Assembly: GCA_965203555.1 (NCBI GenBank)
Contig: CBDBCY010000004.1
Coordinates: forward strand, 3,076,936 to 3,140,935
DNA from: Acidimicrobiia bacterium
GTDB lineage: Bacteria > Actinomycetota > Acidimicrobiia > Spongiisociales > ZC4RG35
DNA: 64,000 bases
Reading direction: 5' to 3'
The position numbers and the translations under genes were made by a program. Below the pieces are notes generated by a model that searched no databases, was not told the origin of the DNA, and saw only the letters and a program-made list of their open reading frames with translations. Positions 10,119 through 19,395 of the stretch are shown here, in pieces; position 1 is the stretch's first letter, and each line of letters begins with the position of its first letter.

Positions 10119-10562
10119 GTGTATGTACCCATGCTGTCTGGCGAGCCACCGGCCGGCGCCGGGATGACGCCGAAGGTTCGTGGCGCCGACCCTACGGCTA
10201 TCTTCCGACCCGCGGATCTCTACTCGGCTCTTCGAACAGATGCGCTGTCGCATCTGGAAGGGTTCTCGGGATGGGGGCTGATCGTAGAAAGAGGCGCACA
10301 AGCAGGTAGGACATACTCTTTGATGGAAGGAGTCACCAGGGTAGGGCGGCATCTGCGAAGCAGGATCCTCCTGGATGACATCACGGTTTCCCGGCGCCAT
10401 TGCCGGTTGACAGTGGAAGGAGGCCGGGTTACGGTCGAGGATGAAGGTTCCACCAACGGAACCTATGTGAACGGCGCCCGGATGGAGTCATCCCGTTTAC
10501 ATCCGGGAGACCGGTTGATGGTGGGACGATTTCACCTGGTTGTCGTTCGGGGCAATGACTGA
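10119..10562 (+). CDS. garA: FHA-domain protein, GarA/OdhI-like
   Basis: FHA motifs GRH...DDITVSRRH...STNGTYVNG; N-terminal DPTAIFRP resembles the GarA phospho-Thr segment; synteny with gcvH. Confidence 0.75.
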   Translation: MYVPMLSGEPPAGAGMTPKVRGADPTAIFRPADLYSALRTDALSHLEGFSGWGLIVERGAQAGRTYSLMEGVTRVGRHLRSRILLDDITVSRRHCRLTVEGGRVTVEDEGSTNGTYVNGARMESSRLHPGDRLMVGRFHLVVVRGND

Positions 10563-11238
10563 GAGTCAGAGCCTCTCGATCGGAGAGACGGTAAAGGCCC
10601 TAAGAAAAGAGTTTCCGGAGATAACAGTCTCCAAGATCCGCTTCCTGGAGTCCAAGGGCATGGTGATGCCTCGTCGTACCCAGGGGGGATATCGCCGCTT
10701 CGACCGGATGGATCTGGCCCGTATCCAGTACATCCTCCGGCAGCAACGAGATCACTTCCTTCCTCTCAAAGTGATTAAATCAAAGCTGTCGGCCTGGGAG
10801 CGGGGCGACGATCCCCAGGATCCCCAGGGATTGGGAGCTTCCCTGCTGGAGGAGGCAGGCGAACCTATAACCCGCACGGACTTGATCAGACGCAGCGGTC
10901 TGACTGATGCTCAACTGGACGATCTCATCGCCAACCGGCTGGTTTCTCCTTTACCGGGAGACGAGCAGGTCTTCCCGCCCGAAGCCGGCTTGGTTGCCAC
11001 CGAGGCGAAAGTCCTGATGGATCGCGGCCTGGGCGGCCGCCACCTGCGCTCTATTCGTCTGGCCGTCGACTCGGAGGTAGCCCTGTTTCGTTCCGTGGCG
11101 GGGCCATTGATGAGAGTCCAATGGGTGGGTGAGGGAGGAGAGCACGTCCGAGAGTTGCTGATGGGTTTGGCCGACGCGTTGGTGAGCATGCATCGCGCCC
11201 TACTGCTGGCTTCTCTTCGAACGGAGTTGCGCCGCTGA
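10555..11238 (+). CDS. MerR-family regulator (Rv1828/FtsR-like)
   Basis: SIGE...EFPEITVSKIRFLE...RTQGGYRRF...QRDHFLPLKVIK. Confidence 0.9.
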   Translation: MTESQSLSIGETVKALRKEFPEITVSKIRFLESKGMVMPRRTQGGYRRFDRMDLARIQYILRQQRDHFLPLKVIKSKLSAWERGDDPQDPQGLGASLLEEAGEPITRTDLIRRSGLTDAQLDDLIANRLVSPLPGDEQVFPPEAGLVATEAKVLMDRGLGGRHLRSIRLAVDSEVALFRSVAGPLMRVQWVGEGGEHVRELLMGLADALVSMHRALLLASLRTELRR

Positions 11239-11267
11239 GGTCCTCGGTTCGCATTGCTGTAAGCGCC

Positions 11268-12359
11268 GTGTGCATGGCGGCGCTGATGGTCGTCCTGGTG
11301 GGCGCCGCGGCTGCGGCCAGTCCCCTGTGGATCGAGCCGCCTCCGGTGCCGGTGATGTCGGCGGCGGACCCCCCCGCCATCGAAGCAGAGTCGTGGCTGT
11401 TGTTTGATGAAAGCAATGAGGTGGTGTTGGCGGAACGCAACGCTGACACCCGGCTCCCCATGGCCTCCACCACGAAATTGATGACCGCTCTACTGGCAGT
11501 GGAGATCGGCGACCTTTCTTCTCCCGTGCAGGTGAGCCGCCGGGCGGCGGGAGTGGGAGGCGCCGGGGTGAATTTGATCGAGGGAGAGGTGTTCCTGTTG
11601 CGCACCCTGGTCAGGGCGTTGCTCATCCGTTCCGGCAACGACGCCGCCACTGCCGTGGCCGAACGGGTAGGGGGTAGCGTGGAGGACTTCGTGGATCTCA
11701 TGAACCGGCGCGCCGAGGAATTGGGTCTGCATGACACCTCCTACGCCAATCCGCACGGCCTCGATCATCCCGATCAGTACTCGACAGCCCGGGACCTGTT
11801 GACCCTCACCCGGGAGGTGCTCAAGCACCCCGAGTTGGCCGAAGCGGTGGCAACCGGGCAGATAGCTCTGAGAGACGCTCCGACCGGAGAAACGAGGATC
11901 TATCCGAACACCAACAAGCTGCTGGCCGACTATGAGGGAATGTTCGGAGTGAAGACCGGATACACCGAGGATGCCGGCAGGGTGCTGGCGGCGGGAGCGG
12001 AGCGACAGGGTAGGAGACTCATTTCGGTGGTGATGAAAACAGGAGACCACTTCGGCGCCACTGCCGAATTGCTGGACTACGGCTTCAATTCCTTCGGTTC
12101 TATTCCGGGACTGGTCTCCGCGCAATTGCGGCTCAGCCGAGACCAGGTGTTGTCCTCATATGTTTCGTCCACCACCACGACCACCACCGCGCCGGCAGCG
12201 GAGACCCCGATGGATACCGGGACGGACACAGAGACAGTGGAATTGGAGGGGACCAGGGAGGAGGTGGCGGTCCGGGTGGGCAGAACTCCGCAGGGGGTCT
12301 TGGATCTGCTGGGCTGGATTCTTCGCCTGTTCTCCTCCCCGAGCGGCGAAAGCCCCTAA
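11268..12359 (+). CDS. D-alanyl-D-alanine carboxypeptidase (peptidase S11)
   Basis: SxxK (MASTTKLMT), SGN and KTG motifs, signal peptide, Thr-rich linker. Confidence 0.93.
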   Translation: MCMAALMVVLVGAAAAASPLWIEPPPVPVMSAADPPAIEAESWLLFDESNEVVLAERNADTRLPMASTTKLMTALLAVEIGDLSSPVQVSRRAAGVGGAGVNLIEGEVFLLRTLVRALLIRSGNDAATAVAERVGGSVEDFVDLMNRRAEELGLHDTSYANPHGLDHPDQYSTARDLLTLTREVLKHPELAEAVATGQIALRDAPTGETRIYPNTNKLLADYEGMFGVKTGYTEDAGRVLAAGAERQGRRLISVVMKTGDHFGATAELLDYGFNSFGSIPGLVSAQLRLSRDQVLSSYVSSTTTTTTAPAAETPMDTGTDTETVELEGTREEVAVRVGRTPQGVLDLLGWILRLFSSPSGESP

Positions 12360-13063
12360 CGCCCGCACTTTCTGAGCAGCAGCAGGGTGTCGGTGGTGAT
12401 GGTGCTCCAGTTGAGTTTGGACTCCCCGGCCAGCCGGTCCCGGATCACGGTGTGCACCCCGGTGACCCGCAGCGGCCTGTACATCAGGAGGGCGATCAGC
12501 ACTTTGAAGCCGTGCGGCGCCAATCCCCGTAAGGCGTCCGCCAGGATTGTCCGGCGGGTCCCGAAGAATCCGGATTGTGGAAAGCGGAGCCCCCTGGTCC
12601 TGCGGGGCATGCGGAGCCGGGTGAGCAGGATAGCGGTCCGGGTCAACGCCATCCGGTACCACTGCTTCCCCTGCTGTTCCAGTTCCCCGACGCACACGTC
12701 GTAGCCATTCGCCAAGGCGGATACCATCTGCGCAACAACCGCCGGATCGTGTTGCCCGTCGGCGTCCATCACCACCACCAGATCATGCCGAGCGGCCAGG
12801 GCGGCATTGCGAACAGCCTCGGTCAATCCTCCGCCGTCGCAGACTCTCACCCTCCGATCCTTTACTCCCAGGGCTTTCTGCCCGGTGGGGCTTGTCTCAC
12901 CCCTGATCAGTTTGTCTGCGTTCCGGTCGGCGGCGGCCACGACCACTTCGGCGTTATCCGGCAGATAGGCCAGAAGTTCGGTAAGGGTGGGTTCGATCGC
13001 CGCCGTTTCGTTGTAGGCGGGCATCAGGACGGAGAAAGGGACGTCGGTCCCCAGGGATGTCAT
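12356..13063 (-). CDS. GT2 glycosyltransferase, polyprenol-monophosphomannose synthase-like
   Basis: SVLMPAYNE, VMDADGQHDP, SGFF, GFKVLI, DRLAGESKL. Confidence 0.85.
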   Translation of the reverse strand: MTSLGTDVPFSVLMPAYNETAAIEPTLTELLAYLPDNAEVVVAAADRNADKLIRGETSPTGQKALGVKDRRVRVCDGGGLTEAVRNAALAARHDLVVVMDADGQHDPAVVAQMVSALANGYDVCVGELEQQGKQWYRMALTRTAILLTRLRMPRRTRGLRFPQSGFFGTRRTILADALRGLAPHGFKVLIALLMYRPLRVTGVHTVIRDRLAGESKLNWSTITTDTLLLLRKCGR

Positions 13064-13107
13064 TATGGTTCCGCTCTTCTCACATGGGAAAGCAGGTATT
13101 CGACGTC

Positions 13108-13153
13108 ATGTAGTTGTGATGGTAGACCTGATGTGGTTGTGATGCCAGACCTG
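13108..13153. repeat. Tandem 23-bp imperfect direct repeat in divergent intergenic region
   Basis: ATGTAGTTGTGATGGTAGACCTG then ATGTGGTTGTGATGCCAGACCTG (3 mismatches). Confidence 0.75.
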
Positions 13154-13236
13154 CCGTCGGGGATTGCAATCACGGTCTTTGGGTCGAATTGAAATCGCGC
13201 CAACCATGAGATTGAAGGTCATAAGATGGGGGAGCA

Positions 13237-13827
13237 ATGAGCGAAGTTGGGAGACTCTTCGGTCCGGGGGTTGTATCGGAATTGTTTTCCGCCGACCAGA
13301 TAGCGGAACGGGTGGCCGAATTGGGCAGAACCTTGACCGCCGAATACCGGGATCGGTCACCGGTCGTGGTGGGGATTATGTACGGGTCGGCCATCTTCTT
13401 GGCGGACCTGGTCCGGCACATCGATCTGGACTTGGAGATCGAGTTCCTGATGATCCACCGCTACGGGGAGGGATCCAATATCAGCATCGCCATGGATCTT
13501 TTCTCCGACATCGGGGGTCGGGACGTGATAGTCGTTATGGGATTGGTCGATGCCGGCTTCGCGTTGAACGCCATCCGCAACCTCCTGGTCGGTAGGGCGC
13601 CTGCATCGCTGGTCACAGTGACCCTGTTGGACCGCCGGACCCGTCGACTGGTTGACGCGCCCCTGGAGTATCGTGGCTTTGAAGTGGGAGATGATTTCTT
13701 GGTGGGCTACGGCCTGGATTGGGAGGAGCGTTATCGGGGTATCCCGTCGATATGGACGGTGCACGATCCGGCGGCCCTGCAAAGCGATCCCCACATTCTC
13801 GACCGTTCCGTCTATAGCCAGGAGTAG
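13237..13827 (+). CDS. Hypoxanthine phosphoribosyltransferase-like protein with degenerate active-site motifs
   Basis: HPRT-like features (IAERVAELG, FLADLVR, FLVGYGLD..ERYR) but the PRPP loop reads VVMGLVDAG instead of VEDIIDTG. Confidence 0.85.
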   Translation: MSEVGRLFGPGVVSELFSADQIAERVAELGRTLTAEYRDRSPVVVGIMYGSAIFLADLVRHIDLDLEIEFLMIHRYGEGSNISIAMDLFSDIGGRDVIVVMGLVDAGFALNAIRNLLVGRAPASLVTVTLLDRRTRRLVDAPLEYRGFEVGDDFLVGYGLDWEERYRGIPSIWTVHDPAALQSDPHILDRSVYSQE

Positions 13828-13838
13828 TATCGCAGACA

Positions 13839-14342
13839 ATGCCGGAGAACATCCCCATGTCCATCGATGGCGTTCAGGTAGGTTATTCCTCGGCCGCCCC
13901 GGTGGTCTTGCTGAGGGAGGCCGAGGGTGATCGATACCTTCCCATCTGGATTGGGGCGGTTGAGGCCACCGCCATCGTGGCGGCGCTGGAGGACATGGTC
14001 CCACCCCGCCCGCTTACCCACGATCTGTTGAGGATGGCAGTGGAGTCCCTGGGAGCGGAGGTTGATCGAGCGGTGGTCACCGAAGTCCGTGACAACGTTT
14101 TCTACGCCGAATTGGTGCTGCTGACCAACGGGGGTGAAGTGACGGTCTCGTGTCGACCTTCGGATGCCATCGCCTTGGCGGTAAGGACCGAGGCTCGGCT
14201 CTTCGCCTATCCCGAGGTGCTTGACGAGGCCGGGGTGATTATCAAATCTGTGGAGGAGCCGGAGCAGGAGATCGAGGAGTTCCGCCGGTTCCTGGAAGGG
14301 GTGAGCCCCGAGGACTTTTCCTCCGGCGAGAGCGCCGACTAG
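13839..14342 (+). CDS. Bifunctional nuclease family protein (DUF151)
   Basis: LPIWIGAVEATAI, PRPLTHDLL, RPSDAIALA. Confidence 0.95.
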   Translation: MPENIPMSIDGVQVGYSSAAPVVLLREAEGDRYLPIWIGAVEATAIVAALEDMVPPRPLTHDLLRMAVESLGAEVDRAVVTEVRDNVFYAELVLLTNGGEVTVSCRPSDAIALAVRTEARLFAYPEVLDEAGVIIKSVEEPEQEIEEFRRFLEGVSPEDFSSGESAD

Positions 14343-14385
14343 CCCTGATCGGGCAGTGTCCGGCAATTCGCAGTAGATGGTTGGA

Positions 14386-14444
14386 TTTGTGAGCGGGCAA
14401 CGGTAATGTTTCCCTAGGCGGAGTTACCGTTATGTAATCACAAA
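14386..14444. promoter_or_regulatory. Extended inverted repeat abutting the RBS of the MerR gene
   Basis: TTTGTGA(14386)..AACGGTAA(14399)..TTACCGTT(14424)..TCACAAA(14438), running into AAAGGAG. Confidence 0.5.
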
Positions 14445-14455
14445 GGAGTAACCCC

Positions 14456-14941
14456 GTGAACAGAAGAGAAGAGGGATACCGGGCCCCGCAGGTATGCGCC
14501 ATTGTCGGTATCACCTACCGTCAGTTGGACTATTGGGCTCGAACGGAATTCATGGTGCCCTCCCTGCAGCAGGCCAGGGGGTCGGGCACTCAAAGACTGT
14601 ATTCCTTTGCCGATTTGGTACAACTCAAGGTGGTCAAGCGGTTGATCGATGCAGGTATGGACGTCAAAAGGATCAGGAGGGCGTTCTCGGAGTTGTCCCG
14701 CCAGGGCAGTACTTGGAATTGGGAAGACGGTCGAGTCACTCTGATCTCCGACGGCGCTTCGATCTACGCCTTGAAGAGCCCCGAGGAAATCATCGACATC
14801 TTCAAGAAGGGACAGGCCGTTATGGGGATGACGCTGGGTCCACTGGTGGATGAGATCTCTGGAGAGGTTCGCGAATTGGCCAAGACCGCCACCATCGAGG
14901 AGGGCTATCGGCCCGCCGGCAGCCAGGCCGAGGTAATCTGA
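14456..14941 (+). CDS. MerR-family regulator (Rv1830-like)
   Basis: GYRAPQVCAIVGITYRQLDYWART...GSGTQRLYSF. Confidence 0.93.
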   Translation: MNRREEGYRAPQVCAIVGITYRQLDYWARTEFMVPSLQQARGSGTQRLYSFADLVQLKVVKRLIDAGMDVKRIRRAFSELSRQGSTWNWEDGRVTLISDGASIYALKSPEEIIDIFKKGQAVMGMTLGPLVDEISGEVRELAKTATIEEGYRPAGSQAEVI

Positions 14942-15017
14942 GCGTCAGTGCCACCCGGGTCGTCTCCGACCCGCCGCTCGGCCGCTCGAACCGGAAACGA
15001 CCCTGAGACTTGGAGCC

Positions 15018-16067
15018 ATGCCCAGATCGCCTTTGCACCAATACCATCAGGAACTGGGTGCCCGGTTCGTGGATTTCGGGGGCTGGGAGATGCCGGTTCT
15101 CTATACGTCGGTTTTGAAAGAGCATCGTGCGGTCCGGGAATCAACGGGATGGTTCGACGTCTCTCATCTGGGCCGGTTTTCGTGGAGTGGGCAGGGTTCG
15201 GGGTCGGCTCTCTCCTCGCTGCTGTGCAACGATCATGAGCTGATCGGAGCGGGACGCGCCCAGTACACCCTGATACTCAATGCCGGCGGCGGGGTCATCG
15301 ACGATCTGATCATCTGGAAACGGACTCCCGAAGAGGTGATGGTCATGCCCAACGGGGTGAACCATCTGCGGGTCATGGACGAGTTCAGGGCAGCCGCCCC
15401 CAACGCCGAGTTGGTGGACCTGCGTCCCCGCACCGCCGGTCTGGCGGTGCAGGGCCCCGATTCCCGCCAAAGGGTGAAAGCTGTCCTGGGTGAGGTTCCG
15501 GGGCGCTTTCGGGTGATAAGAGCCGGTTACCGGGGTGGGGAAGTGTGGGTGGCCGGTACCGGATACACCGGTGAGGAGGGGGTGGAGTTGGTCACCGATC
15601 CGTCCACCGGCGAGGCGCTGGCTCGTGAACTCACTGGCGGTGGCGCCCTGCCGTGCGGCTTGGGATCTCGGGATCTTCTCAGGCTGGAGGCGGGTTTTCC
15701 CCTGTGGGGTCATGATCTGAACGAGGACATCACCCCCTTGGAGGCAGGTCTGAAGTGGGCGGTCAGGTTCAATCGTGATTTTGTGGGCCGGGATGCCCTG
15801 CAACAGTCTCAGGAACAGGGTCTGGCGCGAACCCGCGTCTGCATCCGGATGGAGGATCGACGCATCCCCCGGGAGGGTTGCGCACTCCGGTCCGGCAATT
15901 CGGTGGGAACGGTCACCAGCGGCAACTTCAGCCCCATGCTGGGAGTGGGGATAGGGATGGGGTATCTATCCACCCCCTGGGACGCCGCCCAGTCGGTGGA
16001 GGTCAAGATCCGCGGCCGGTGGATCGCCGCCGAACAGGTGAGGGGACCGTTTTACCGGCCGGATTGA
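15018..16067 (+). CDS. gcvT: Glycine cleavage aminomethyltransferase
   Basis: FGGWEMP, FDVSHLG, TGYTGEEG, GLGSRDLLRLEAG, VTSGNFSP. Confidence 0.95.
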   Translation: MPRSPLHQYHQELGARFVDFGGWEMPVLYTSVLKEHRAVRESTGWFDVSHLGRFSWSGQGSGSALSSLLCNDHELIGAGRAQYTLILNAGGGVIDDLIIWKRTPEEVMVMPNGVNHLRVMDEFRAAAPNAELVDLRPRTAGLAVQGPDSRQRVKAVLGEVPGRFRVIRAGYRGGEVWVAGTGYTGEEGVELVTDPSTGEALARELTGGGALPCGLGSRDLLRLEAGFPLWGHDLNEDITPLEAGLKWAVRFNRDFVGRDALQQSQEQGLARTRVCIRMEDRRIPREGCALRSGNSVGTVTSGNFSPMLGVGIGMGYLSTPWDAAQSVEVKIRGRWIAAEQVRGPFYRPD

Positions 16068-16744
16068 GCCGGGCGGCGTCATTGTCCCGTACCGCCCAGG
16101 TGTGGATCTCCGATGGGCTTCCAGCCAGGGCACTGCAAGAGTTTCTGGCTGCCGAGGCGCCCGAGTCGTGGCAGCGGTTGCCCTTGTTGGGCGGTGTGAC
16201 GGTGTGGCCGCCGTCCACGGAGAAGGTGAAGGTGGCGATCGCCTGTCCCAACCGGCTGGGCGCCTACGAATCCCCTCCTCCCCGGAGGCGGTGGGAGAAG
16301 GTGTGGTGGTGGTCTGATCCGTTGGACGCCGGTCAATCGTCGTACGGTTCCGTCGCCGGGGTGCGCCGGGTGGTCGCTCCGGTGTCGCTTCCTGAGGGAC
16401 GGTCTCTGTCCGAGGCGGGCCAACGGTCCCGTCGCGCCGCCGACTACCTGGCCCGGCGGATCCGGCAGATCGGAGGCGTGAGGATTCCTCGCATTCCCCA
16501 CGGGCGACGGTTTCCGGTGCTGCTTCCCGTCGCGCCGGCGCCTGTGTTGGAGGGAGTAGCGGAGGAGATTCTGTTTACCCGACCGGTGGATGGATGGCCG
16601 GGACTGGTGATCTGCGAGGGAAACTGGTGGCAGTCCGCCGCCCGCCTGGAGGCGGTTGTGGAAGCTGTGGCTCGGGCGTCGCGGGGGGAGAGGCCCCCGT
16701 CCCTGGCCGGGGCCGAACGGATGTGGTCTTCCACGGGTCCGTAA
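16064..16744 (+). CDS. Hypothetical protein, possibly a strongly reduced GcvPA (glycine decarboxylase subunit 1) homolog
   Basis: TTG overlaps the gcvT stop; ACPNRLG and LSEAGQRSRRAADYLARRIRQIGGV...RFPVLLP resemble GcvPA segments. Confidence 0.55.
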   Translation: MSRAASLSRTAQVWISDGLPARALQEFLAAEAPESWQRLPLLGGVTVWPPSTEKVKVAIACPNRLGAYESPPPRRRWEKVWWWSDPLDAGQSSYGSVAGVRRVVAPVSLPEGRSLSEAGQRSRRAADYLARRIRQIGGVRIPRIPHGRRFPVLLPVAPAPVLEGVAEEILFTRPVDGWPGLVICEGNWWQSAARLEAVVEAVARASRGERPPSLAGAERMWSSTGP

Positions 16745-16752
16745 ATTCGCCG

Positions 16753-17808
16753 TTAACCCCACCCCGGCAAAGCGACCCCGGCTTCCCGATAGGCGGGGGC
16801 GATCCGCTCTTCCCACAGTTCGCCCTTCAGGCGCTCGAGGCAAAAGGCGGCTTCCAGGGCCCGGCGGGTGACTCGGGCAAGATCGTCGATTCCAAAGCCC
16901 TGCCGCTCCGCCGCCAAGGTGAATTCGTGGGTTGGGGTGGTGCTGCTCATCAATCGATTGTCGGTGTTGAGGGTCACCGCGAAACCGGCTCTGTGCAGCA
17001 TTCCGATCGGGTGGCGGTCTGGTTCCCACCCCTTGGTGTCCAGGTTGGACTTGATGCACATCTCCAGCGGGACCTGCTTTTGCAGCACCTCGGTTGCGAT
17101 GGGCCCGGTTGCCAGGATCTCTCCCGAACCGATTTCACAGTCTTCGATCACCTCCACTCCATGGCCGATCCGCTCCGCTCCGCACACCATGGCATCCTGG
17201 ATGCTGTGCGGTCCGGCGGCTTCCCCGGCATGGAGGGTCACCCGGATTCCTCCGTCGAGGGCCGCCTCGATGGCCGAGAGATGCTCCACGGCCGGATACC
17301 CCGCCTCGGGGCCGGCCAGATCGAAACCCACCACTCCCGCAGATGCGGTTCGGACTGCCAGGCGGGCGGTCTCCAGGGCAGTAGGGGTGTGCCGCAGGGC
17401 GGAGAGGATCAGAGACCAGCCCATGCCCGTGGTCCGGGACCCGGCCTGCAGGCCTTCGGCGACTGCCTCCACCACTTGCACGAGGCTCAGGTCCCTGCGG
17501 GTGTGAAGATGGGGAGCGAAACGGATTTCGGCGTAGACCACTCCGTGGGCCGAGAGGTCCTCCATCGCCTCTGCGGCCACCCTGAACAGGGCTTGGCGGG
17601 TCTGCAACACCGCCACGGTGTGGGAGAATGCCTGCAGGTACCGTTCCAGGCTGTGGGCGCCGGATTGATTGAACCACTGGCCCAGACGGTCGGGATCGGT
17701 TACCGGCAACCCGTATCCGGCTTGCTCGGCCAACTGCCGGAGGGTACGGGGACGCAGGCTTCCATCAAGATGCTCGTGGAGGATGACTTTGGGAAGATGG
17801 CGCAGCAT
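16753..17808 (-). CDS. add: Adenosine deaminase
   Basis: LHEHLDGS, YAEIRFAP, GFDLAGPE, HAGEA, RIGHG, NTDNRLMS. Confidence 0.95.
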   Translation of the reverse strand: MLRHLPKVILHEHLDGSLRPRTLRQLAEQAGYGLPVTDPDRLGQWFNQSGAHSLERYLQAFSHTVAVLQTRQALFRVAAEAMEDLSAHGVVYAEIRFAPHLHTRRDLSLVQVVEAVAEGLQAGSRTTGMGWSLILSALRHTPTALETARLAVRTASAGVVGFDLAGPEAGYPAVEHLSAIEAALDGGIRVTLHAGEAAGPHSIQDAMVCGAERIGHGVEVIEDCEIGSGEILATGPIATEVLQKQVPLEMCIKSNLDTKGWEPDRHPIGMLHRAGFAVTLNTDNRLMSSTTPTHEFTLAAERQGFGIDDLARVTRRALEAAFCLERLKGELWEERIAPAYREAGVALPGWG

Positions 17809-17849
17809 TCGGCTTTGGTCGTTCCGCCTTTCTTGCCAACATTAGGGTC

Positions 17850-18385
17850 ATGAGTTATATGGCGGGAAGTCTCCTGGTGGCCTCACCCCGGCTGGTGGAC
17901 CCCAACTTTGTCCGCACTGTTGTGGCCCTTCTGAACCATGATGAGAACGGGGCGATGGGACTGGTGGTCAATCGGCCCACCGATATGCCGGTGGCCGATC
18001 ATCTTCCGGAGTGGGAAGACAGCTTGGTCTCTCCGCCGGTTGTCTTCTACGGCGGCCCGGTGGAGCAGGCCGTCGCAATCGGACTGCGTCGAAGCTATGA
18101 CGCCGGGAGGGCGCCACGCCCATTTCGGGCGTGGGAATGGTCAATTTCATTGAGGAGGAGGCGGATGAGCGCCAAGGCGGAGTCAGGGTGTTCGCCGGTT
18201 ATTCGGGATGGGGGCCCGGCCAGTTGGAAGACGAGATAGAGGAGGAGTCGTGGATCATCGTGCCGGGCCTTGCCTCGGACGTGTTCTCTGCTTCTCCCGA
18301 AAGTCTGTGGGCCGAGGTGCTGGGCCGCCAGGGCGGCCACATCGCCCTGCTGGCCTCCATGCCCCTCGATCCCCAACTCAACTGA
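17850..18385 (+). CDS. YqgE/AlgH (DUF179) protein, split by a single missing base near 18105-18107
   Basis: LLVASPRLVDPNFVRTVV..GGPV in one frame, FAGYSGWGPGQLEDEI..DPQLN in another; one extra G in GGG rejoins them. Confidence 0.85.
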
Positions 18386-18585
18386 GGTCGCCGGGTTCGG
18401 CTCCCGGATCTGCCGCTGCCGTTTCTCCATTGTCGGGGTCTTCGTTCACGTACCTTTCTGATGCTTGGGTTCCAACCCTTCGGCCCGCCGGCATCCCGGG
18501 GTTCGCCTGGGATCGTTTTTCACACCTTGGACCTTCTTGATTTGGAGGGGTTCGGCAAGGATGCTGTTTGGGGATTCGAGGGCCT

Positions 18586-19332
18586 ATGCTGAGTTGGGTG
18601 GTGACCACCGTACCCCGGTTGCGGAAATCTCTGGTATCCCGTCCTCCCGGGTTGAAGAACGAACGGGACATGTGGCGCGGCGGGCTGCAGATGGTGGCCG
18701 GCATGGACGAGGTGGGAAGGGGGGCTTGGGCGGGTCCGCTCACGGTGGGAGCAGCGGTGGTTCCCCAAGACCGTCGGGTCTACAAAATCAGGGACTCCAA
18801 GCTTTTGCGTCCGGCAGAGAGGGAGGCGCTCTTTGACCGGATCGCCGGATGGTGCGTGGCCTGGGGGGTGGGGCATGCCAGCGCCGGTGAGTGCGACGAA
18901 TTGGGAATGTCCGAAGCGCAGCGCCTGGCCGCCCGCCGCGCCCTGGCCGGACTGGGGACACCGGTGGATGCCGTGTTGTTGGACGGCAGGTGGGACTTCG
19001 TGGGGCATCCCCGGACCCGGCGCCTGGTAGGGGGAGATCGTTTATCGGTGTCGATCGCAGCCGCCTCGATACTTGCCAAAGTGATCCGGGATCGAATCAT
19101 GGTAAGGGAATCTCCCAGATACCCCGCCTACAATTTCGACGCCAACAAGGGTTATCCGTGCCCGGTGCACCGTGCGGCGCTCCATGCCTGCGGGCCGAGT
19201 GTCATCCATCGCCGGTCCTGGGTGTTCATGGATGGTCTGGTTTGGAGCGGTATTCCCCGCTACCGGCGTCCCGACCCTCAAGGTTCCCTCCCCTTCCAGC
19301 CTGCATCGGCTGAAACCCCTGTCCCTTCGTAG
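18586..19332 (+). CDS. rnhB: Ribonuclease HII
   Basis: AGMDEVGRGAWAGP, DSKLL, SIAAASILAKVIRD, NKGYP. Confidence 0.95.
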   Translation: MLSWVVTTVPRLRKSLVSRPPGLKNERDMWRGGLQMVAGMDEVGRGAWAGPLTVGAAVVPQDRRVYKIRDSKLLRPAEREALFDRIAGWCVAWGVGHASAGECDELGMSEAQRLAARRALAGLGTPVDAVLLDGRWDFVGHPRTRRLVGGDRLSVSIAAASILAKVIRDRIMVRESPRYPAYNFDANKGYPCPVHRAALHACGPSVIHRRSWVFMDGLVWSGIPRYRRPDPQGSLPFQPASAETPVPS

Positions 19333-19354
19333 CAGGCAGTCTTTCTGCAAATCA

Positions 19355-19391
19355 TTGACAGGGCAGCGGTCAGGGGATAGTATTCCCTGAC
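19355..19391 (+). promoter_or_regulatory. SigA-type promoter for ftsK with inverted repeat over the -10 box
   Basis: TTGACA (19355-60), 17-bp spacer, TAGTAT (19378-83); GTCAGGGGA/TTCCCTGAC dyad at 19369-19391. Confidence 0.65.
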
Positions 19392-19395
19392 AGAA

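Noticed and set aside
14942-15017. Glycine riboswitch upstream of gcvT
   Set aside because: The gap is only 76 bp and lacks recognisable GGAGA...CCGAAG aptamer motifs.
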